A stretch of 64,000 nucleotides of DNA from Candidatus Heimdallarchaeota archaeon (lineage in GTDB: Archaea; Asgardarchaeota; Heimdallarchaeia; JABLTI01), in assembly GCA_019056785.1 (NCBI GenBank), contig DXJV01000059.1:62297-126296 (forward strand), in the 5' to 3' direction. Positions within the stretch are counted from its first letter, which is position 1; each line of letters starts with the position of its first letter. The position numbers and the translations under genes are program-made. Positions 58,863 through 64,000 of the stretch are shown here, one piece after another. The notes below the pieces were generated by a model. It made no database searches, was not told the DNA's origin, and saw nothing but the letters and a program-made list of their open reading frames with translations.

Positions 58863-59738
58863 GTGAATCTAAAAACCGACACACAACCCCGTATAAAGAA
58901 AGTGGGGATCCTGAAATTAGGCAACATCGCCAGTAGCATTCTCTTGGAGATGCTTCTAGATGAACGGGCTGATAGAGAAGACATTCAAGTCCGAACAATT
59001 TCTTCTGGAGCGAAACTGACCGAAACCGCTACAAACGAAGCATTTGAGTTGTTATCAAAAGAAGTTTTTGACTTGGTTATCATTGCCACTCCTAATGCTT
59101 CCTTGAAAATTCCCAAGCAAATTATTAAGAAAATACATGAAAAAGGCCAACCAGTAATTGTCATAACCGACCACTTGAAAAAAGAAACGAAAGAAGAGTT
59201 TGTTTCTGAGAAAATTGGCTTCCTTGTTGTAAAAGCAGATGCGATGATTGGCGCTCGACGAGAATTTTTAGACCCCATTGAAATGGCACTATACAACAGT
59301 GATTTATTGAAAGTATTGGCAATCGGCGGTGCATTTACAATTCTTTATAGCGAAATTAACCGGGCATTAGAAAGTATTGTTAAGAAGAACACTGAAAACT
59401 ATCTCCCACAAGTAGTTATAACCGCAAAAAAAGCAGTAAAGGCAGCAGATTTCTTCAATCCTTATGCTAAAGCAAAAGCACGGGCCGCTCTAGAAATAGC
59501 CGAGAAAGTGGCAAAAGTAAATAGTGAAGCATGTTTCAAACTGCAAGAACGACAACAATATCTCCATCAAGTGGCCACTGCTCATGAAATGATGCAAACA
59601 GCCGCAAAACTTGCCGGAGAGGCCAGAGAAATCGAAAAGAGTATAAATAAAGTGAAACGACAACCACATCATTATAAAGGCCAAATCCAAAGTAAGAGGC
59701 TGTTAATGGAAAAACCGGACAACCCCTACAAGGATTAA
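58863..59738 (+). CDS. mtd: F420-dependent methylene-tetrahydromethanopterin dehydrogenase
   Basis: KLGNIA...LLDERADREDI.VR..SSGAKL, PNA, ADAMIGARREFLDP.EMA.YN.D..KVLA, F.NPYAKAKA, R.PH. Confidence 0.93.
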   Translation: MNLKTDTQPRIKKVGILKLGNIASSILLEMLLDERADREDIQVRTISSGAKLTETATNEAFELLSKEVFDLVIIATPNASLKIPKQIIKKIHEKGQPVIVITDHLKKETKEEFVSEKIGFLVVKADAMIGARREFLDPIEMALYNSDLLKVLAIGGAFTILYSEINRALESIVKKNTENYLPQVVITAKKAVKAADFFNPYAKAKARAALEIAEKVAKVNSEACFKLQERQQYLHQVATAHEMMQTAAKLAGEAREIEKSINKVKRQPHHYKGQIQSKRLLMEKPDNPYKD

Positions 59739-59756
59739 TCGAGATGAAAAATTAAA

Positions 59757-60422
59757 ATGCCCCTTCTGTATGATGAAATGTTTACTTGCCATAACTGTGG
59801 CATTATATTTCAGACAAAAATCTTGGGTTGCTATAACACATTTGGTAAGCGCTACAGCGACCTCTACATTGCAAGTGAAGATGATCCACAACCAATTTTA
59901 TACCAAATCTGTAAATGCCCAAAATGTGGCTTTGCAGGCTTCACAGATGAATATCGGATGCTCAGCTTGGAAGAAGAGGAAATGGCTGCAGCAATAAAAG
60001 CTGCAGAGGATTTTACTGGAAAAAAAGCCCGGGGATTTAACCAGGGTGATGGGTTTATCGTTGTCGCCAAATATAGTGAGAGTCACTCTTTAGAGGAGCA
60101 AGTCTCATTATACTTGCAAGCTTCTTACGCCTATCGAGAGTTAAAAGATCCTTTGCTTCAAAAAGCACGAACAATTGTTCTTGAGCTTCTGGAAAAAATC
60201 ATAGAGAAAAAAGAGTTTACCTTTCAATCAGAAGAATATTATTGTTATTTAGCAGGAGAAATAGCTCGTTTGTTAGGTGAAAATGAAAAATCACTCAAGT
60301 ATTTTAAAAGAGCTTTACAAGTTGCTCCGGAAAACTCATTGGTCTCAAAACTAACACAACACCAGCTAGTACATCCCAGTGAAGTTATCCGTGCTGAGAT
60401 TTTTAGCCATAAAATCTGCTGA
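59757..60422 (+). CDS. DUF2225-like zinc-ribbon plus TPR protein
   Basis: CHNC...SDL...P..Y.I..CPKCGFAG; YLAGE.ARLLG....SL.YF.. Confidence 0.75.
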   Translation: MPLLYDEMFTCHNCGIIFQTKILGCYNTFGKRYSDLYIASEDDPQPILYQICKCPKCGFAGFTDEYRMLSLEEEEMAAAIKAAEDFTGKKARGFNQGDGFIVVAKYSESHSLEEQVSLYLQASYAYRELKDPLLQKARTIVLELLEKIIEKKEFTFQSEEYYCYLAGEIARLLGENEKSLKYFKRALQVAPENSLVSKLTQHQLVHPSEVIRAEIFSHKIC

Positions 60423-60570
60423 GGGAGTAAAAAAATCTCTTTACTAATACTTTTCCGAATAAATAATACTTTTAAATACTAATTTGCCTTGAAATATGGC
60501 AAAAACAATCGATACAAGGAAGAAAAAAGTCAAGGAACTGACTTAGTTTCTAGTATGGTGGATAGAAATA

Positions 60571-61161
60571 GTGACAAACGAACAAGGCGCGTTCTTTAAA
60601 GTCATCATTATTGGTGATGGCGCAGTTGGTAAAACAAGCATTTGTACACACATAACCACGCAAGAATTTTTTGCGGATTACAATCTTACAGTAGGATGCG
60701 ATTTTTTCATTAAGAAAATTTACGTAAATAATGTGAGCGTTACTTTGCAAATTTTTGATGTAGGAGGACAAGATCATTTCGCAAAAATGCGCCCTATTTT
60801 TGCTGATGGTGCAAAAGGAATCTTTCTGGCGTTCGATGTGACACGCCGGGATAGTTTCTACAATTTAGAGGATTGGTACGAGTCTGTAAAAGACGGTCTG
60901 GACCCCCGAGCACCAAAAATTCTCATTGCAACAAAGAGTGACTTAAATACAGAAGCCGAAGTTTGGAAGGAAGATATCGAAGCATTAAAAGGTATCTTGA
61001 GAATAGACGCGTATTTTGATACTTCCTCACTCACCGGAGAAGGTGTTTCAGAAGCTTTTGAAACCATGGCTCTTCTTCTTCTAAACCGCTATCGCCCAGA
61101 AGAATATTCAAAAAGTGCCCAGAAGCAATTGTTTTTCGAAGGATTTTACAGGATAGCATAG
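60571..61161 (+). CDS. Rab-like small GTPase
   Basis: FKVIIIGDGAVGKT (G1), YNLTVGCDF (G2), LQIFDVGGQ (G3), ATKSD (G4 variant), DTSSLTGEGV..AF (G5 variant). Confidence 0.92.
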   Translation: MTNEQGAFFKVIIIGDGAVGKTSICTHITTQEFFADYNLTVGCDFFIKKIYVNNVSVTLQIFDVGGQDHFAKMRPIFADGAKGIFLAFDVTRRDSFYNLEDWYESVKDGLDPRAPKILIATKSDLNTEAEVWKEDIEALKGILRIDAYFDTSSLTGEGVSEAFETMALLLLNRYRPEEYSKSAQKQLFFEGFYRIA

Positions 61162-61274
61162 AAGAATGATTGGTGAGGAATTTAGTGGTATTTTTATACC
61201 GCCCCTTAAAATTTGAGGTGAAAATGAAGAACAGCACTTTTTGTCTATCACTAATAACACACAGTTGATCATGA

Positions 61275-61682
61275 ATGAAGAAGGTATTTTTTATCTGCAT
61301 TGGCAACTCTGCTAGAAGTCAAATGGCTGAAGCGTTTGTTAAACATTTGGCACAAGGCTTACTTGAGGCGCGCAGTGGTGGAACAAAGCCAGCTCCAAAA
61401 GTAAGTAGGAATGCTATTGCTGTTATGAAAGAATTGGGTCTAGATATCTCGGACCAATTTCCAAAACAATTAGATTTTGAATATGCCAGAAATGCGGACT
61501 TGGTAGTGATTATGGGCTGTGGGGCTGAGAGAATGTGCCCTGCTTGGCTGGTTAGTAAAAGTGAGAATTGGGCCCTCGACGACCCTCGTGAGCAAGATCT
61601 TCCATTGTACCGTAAGATAAGAGATGAAATAAAAAGAAGAGTAGAGGAATTAATTGCAAGAGTAGAAAAGAACGACTTTTAA
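61275..61682 (+). CDS. arsC: Arsenate reductase ArsC (LMW-PTP fold)
   Basis: FICIGNSARSQMAEA, S.GT.P, MGC...CP, W.LDDP, RDEI. Confidence 0.92.
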   Translation: MKKVFFICIGNSARSQMAEAFVKHLAQGLLEARSGGTKPAPKVSRNAIAVMKELGLDISDQFPKQLDFEYARNADLVVIMGCGAERMCPAWLVSKSENWALDDPREQDLPLYRKIRDEIKRRVEELIARVEKNDF

Positions 61683-64000
61683 GTTGCTACGCCGTCGAAT
61701 TTTTCACCGGCTAAAATCCCTTTTAAAATCCAATCGATCCCTTCTTTGTCTTTTTCCAGAAGTGCATTGCGATGGGAGTCATGTATCTGAAGGATAGTAA
61801 GGGCAATTTCTCGTGCGCGATAGACATCAAAGGGGTTAAAAAGAGCAAGTAATTCATTCAAAGCAAAAGGAACATCATTTTTTGCGAGGATGATCAGTAA
61901 ATCTTTGTATAATTCTTCGTCTAAAGGATGCTTGATAAGTTCTTTCAATTCTGAGAGAGGAACTTTTGCTTTAGTGGTTTTTAAGGCATCTAATGAGTAT
62001 TCAACAATGGTTAGTTTTTTGAATTGCTCGCCAAGCTCGGCAATCCATTCGTTTTCCTCATTATCATCAAACCATTCTTCTTCAGTGTCTTCTAAGTCAT
62101 TTGTTCGTTCGATGAGAGTTGGCATTTCAGATTCATCTGTGAAGTCTAACTCGTTGTTCTCCAAAATGGCAAATTGATCTTCTCGGAGCTCTAGCTTATG
62201 CGATGAGGTATTGTTGAATCTTTTTAACCACCGGGCAATATCCTTGTCAACGAGTGTTTTCTCGCTGTTTTTCAATTGTTCGCGAATCTTTTGTTTAGCT
62301 CCAATGTCTTCTTCCATCTTGGGGTCTTGTTCATCTACTTCCCACCGGTTGTCGACAATTTGCTCGATCTCGTTTGCAAATTCTAAGACACCATTTTGAA
62401 TAGCGTCCAAGATATTGTGAATGAAAATCGGGATAGCTTTTTGTGAATTAAACTTTCCCAGAGCCAACAATGCCTCTCTTTGGACACTCATAAATGGGTC
62501 AGTCGTTGCCAATTGTAAGAGTTTCTTTTCGAGTTCCAGCGTGAAGGTTTGTTGCTTTTGTAAGCTAAGAATCGCCTGATACCTAATTTTTGGGTCGTAA
62601 TCATTCAAACTATCTATTAGTACGGAGGTGACTTGTGGTTGTGAGAAGTTGCCCAAGAGATAAATAATGTTCCAGTAAAAGATTTCATCGAAGTCAGCTT
62701 CCATGAATTTCAGGGTCTCAAAATTAAAGCTGGTATTAATATCTTCGAGAAACTCATTGTCAAAATCATCGATGTAATCAATATCTGAAAAGATTTCTCT
62801 ACTTTTGGGGAGAACCACTTTCCGTTTAGAGATGTCAAAATTGTTCTGTAAATATTCTAGGAGAAAATCGAGCGATTTTTCTTTTCCAATTGCTCCAAGG
62901 CAGCAAATAATCTCGAACATTTGCTCTTTCGAGAGTTTCTCTTGCTTGGCAAGTTCCAGAACGCGTTCTTCATACTCGTCTAATTTGAAGTTTCGGATAA
63001 AACGCAATGCCAAGTAAAAGTCACTCAAGTCCGGGTTGAGGTTAAGCTTTATAAAAGTATTGAGATAATTAATGATAGTTTCATTGGGAAATTCTTGGAG
63101 TAATTTCCAGGACTGCTGAATGTGTTTTCGTGTTGCTTTTGTAATGACATATGGGTCGACATTAAGGTAAATCTCTTCTATAACCAGTTTCAGAACATGT
63201 AAAGCTTTGATGTTATCAATACTTGGCTCAAGTTTCGCTAATTTTAGTAATTCTTTTACAACCTTTACTAATTCGATTTCCTCAATCAACAAAAGATCAT
63301 AACGCAAAAGAGGAGCAATAACCTCTACAAAACGAATTGTTATGGGTTGAAGAAAGTCATCATTAGAATTGATAAAATTCGCCGGCTTCAGCCCTTCCCA
63401 GGCGAGTTCACGCGCAAGAAAAGTCGCTTTGGTCTGTGAAATGGTGAAATCAAATCCTTTCGACCGGTAGAGCCAAAGCGCTGCTAAGGGGTTGCCCTTC
63501 TGGATGAGAATCCTCGCTATGGCTTTTCTTTGCAACTGGTTTTTTGAATTTAACATGAATTTTGTCCCTAACAATTCCACTACTTTAGGGTCGGACATCA
63601 ACCCGAGAGCAAAATAGGCGTCTTCAAATAGAACATCGTAATTTGACATTTTTTCGATTTCGTCAAAAAATTCACTTTTATCATAATACCCGGCAAGAAA
63701 TAATCCGATTCGTCGCTCCTCGGCAATAGGCGATTTCAAGAGTTCTGCCAATCGCTCGTTAATTATGTGCATCTGCTCGCCAAGATTGACTTTGGGGAAA
63801 CGGGAAATAAGCATGTTGGACAAAGCGATTGATTGGCCAATAATATGTGCTAATGATAAGATGTCAATAATGAGATGAAGGTCCAACTTTTTCTCGATTA
63901 CTTGAATGATTCTCTCAGCCTCAAACGACGTCAACTTGTGGAAATTGTCGGTGAAGATTTTCCAGTTCTCCATATCATACGACAGGAGATATTTCTCCAC
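61679..64000 (-). CDS. Large HEAT-repeat helical protein (5' end probably outside the window)
   Basis: AYFALG, IICCLGAIG, DYDPKIRYQAILSL, DPFMSVQREALLALG repeats with acidic inserts; ORF reaches the window edge. Confidence 0.75.
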   Translation of the reverse strand: MEKYLLSYDMENWKIFTDNFHKLTSFEAERIIQVIEKKLDLHLIIDILSLAHIIGQSIALSNMLISRFPKVNLGEQMHIINERLAELLKSPIAEERRIGLFLAGYYDKSEFFDEIEKMSNYDVLFEDAYFALGLMSDPKVVELLGTKFMLNSKNQLQRKAIARILIQKGNPLAALWLYRSKGFDFTISQTKATFLARELAWEGLKPANFINSNDDFLQPITIRFVEVIAPLLRYDLLLIEEIELVKVVKELLKLAKLEPSIDNIKALHVLKLVIEEIYLNVDPYVITKATRKHIQQSWKLLQEFPNETIINYLNTFIKLNLNPDLSDFYLALRFIRNFKLDEYEERVLELAKQEKLSKEQMFEIICCLGAIGKEKSLDFLLEYLQNNFDISKRKVVLPKSREIFSDIDYIDDFDNEFLEDINTSFNFETLKFMEADFDEIFYWNIIYLLGNFSQPQVTSVLIDSLNDYDPKIRYQAILSLQKQQTFTLELEKKLLQLATTDPFMSVQREALLALGKFNSQKAIPIFIHNILDAIQNGVLEFANEIEQIVDNRWEVDEQDPKMEEDIGAKQKIREQLKNSEKTLVDKDIARWLKRFNNTSSHKLELREDQFAILENNELDFTDESEMPTLIERTNDLEDTEEEWFDDNEENEWIAELGEQFKKLTIVEYSLDALKTTKAKVPLSELKELIKHPLDEELYKDLLIILAKNDVPFALNELLALFNPFDVYRAREIALTILQIHDSHRNALLEKDKEGIDWILKGILAGEKFDGVAT

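Noticed and set aside
1-64000. tRNA/rRNA genes, CRISPR arrays, transposases, integrases, prophage or defence islands
   Set aside because: None recognisable by eye. Intergenic regions are short and AT-rich and lack cloverleaf or repeat-spacer structure; a tRNAscan/Infernal run would be needed to exclude small RNAs fully.

Overview
AT-rich, gene-dense archaeal chromosomal segment with about 50 CDS. It very likely comes from an Asgard archaeon, inferred from several eukaryotic-signature-type genes: a profilin, a Rab-like small GTPase and a folliculin/DENN-like protein. It also carries many TPR, HEAT and PRC-barrel proteins and membrane-anchored surface proteins. Housekeeping and metabolic genes include fae-hps (missed by the ORF track, runs off the left edge), mtd, a divergent pgk, citC/citG, a leuC/leuD-type hydratase, valS, a DRG GTPase, nucS, corA, arsC, acyP, ThiR-, TrmB- and MntR-type regulators, an S8 protease and an S45 acylase. 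Two decayed loci lie at about 51.8-54.2 kb: a DUF599 gene and a 2-oxoacid:ferredoxin oxidoreductase alpha/beta remnant fused by deletion. The most striking candidate system is the profilin gene (38056-38421) facing a 1052-aa gene (38474-41632). That protein has a coiled coil, five L-P5/6 profilin-ligand-type motifs and three PRC-barrel-like repeats, so it could be a native polyproline partner linking profilin/actin to a PRC-barrel scaffold. I found no rRNA, tRNA, CRISPR array or transposase. All family assignments come from motif recognition by eye, not database searches.
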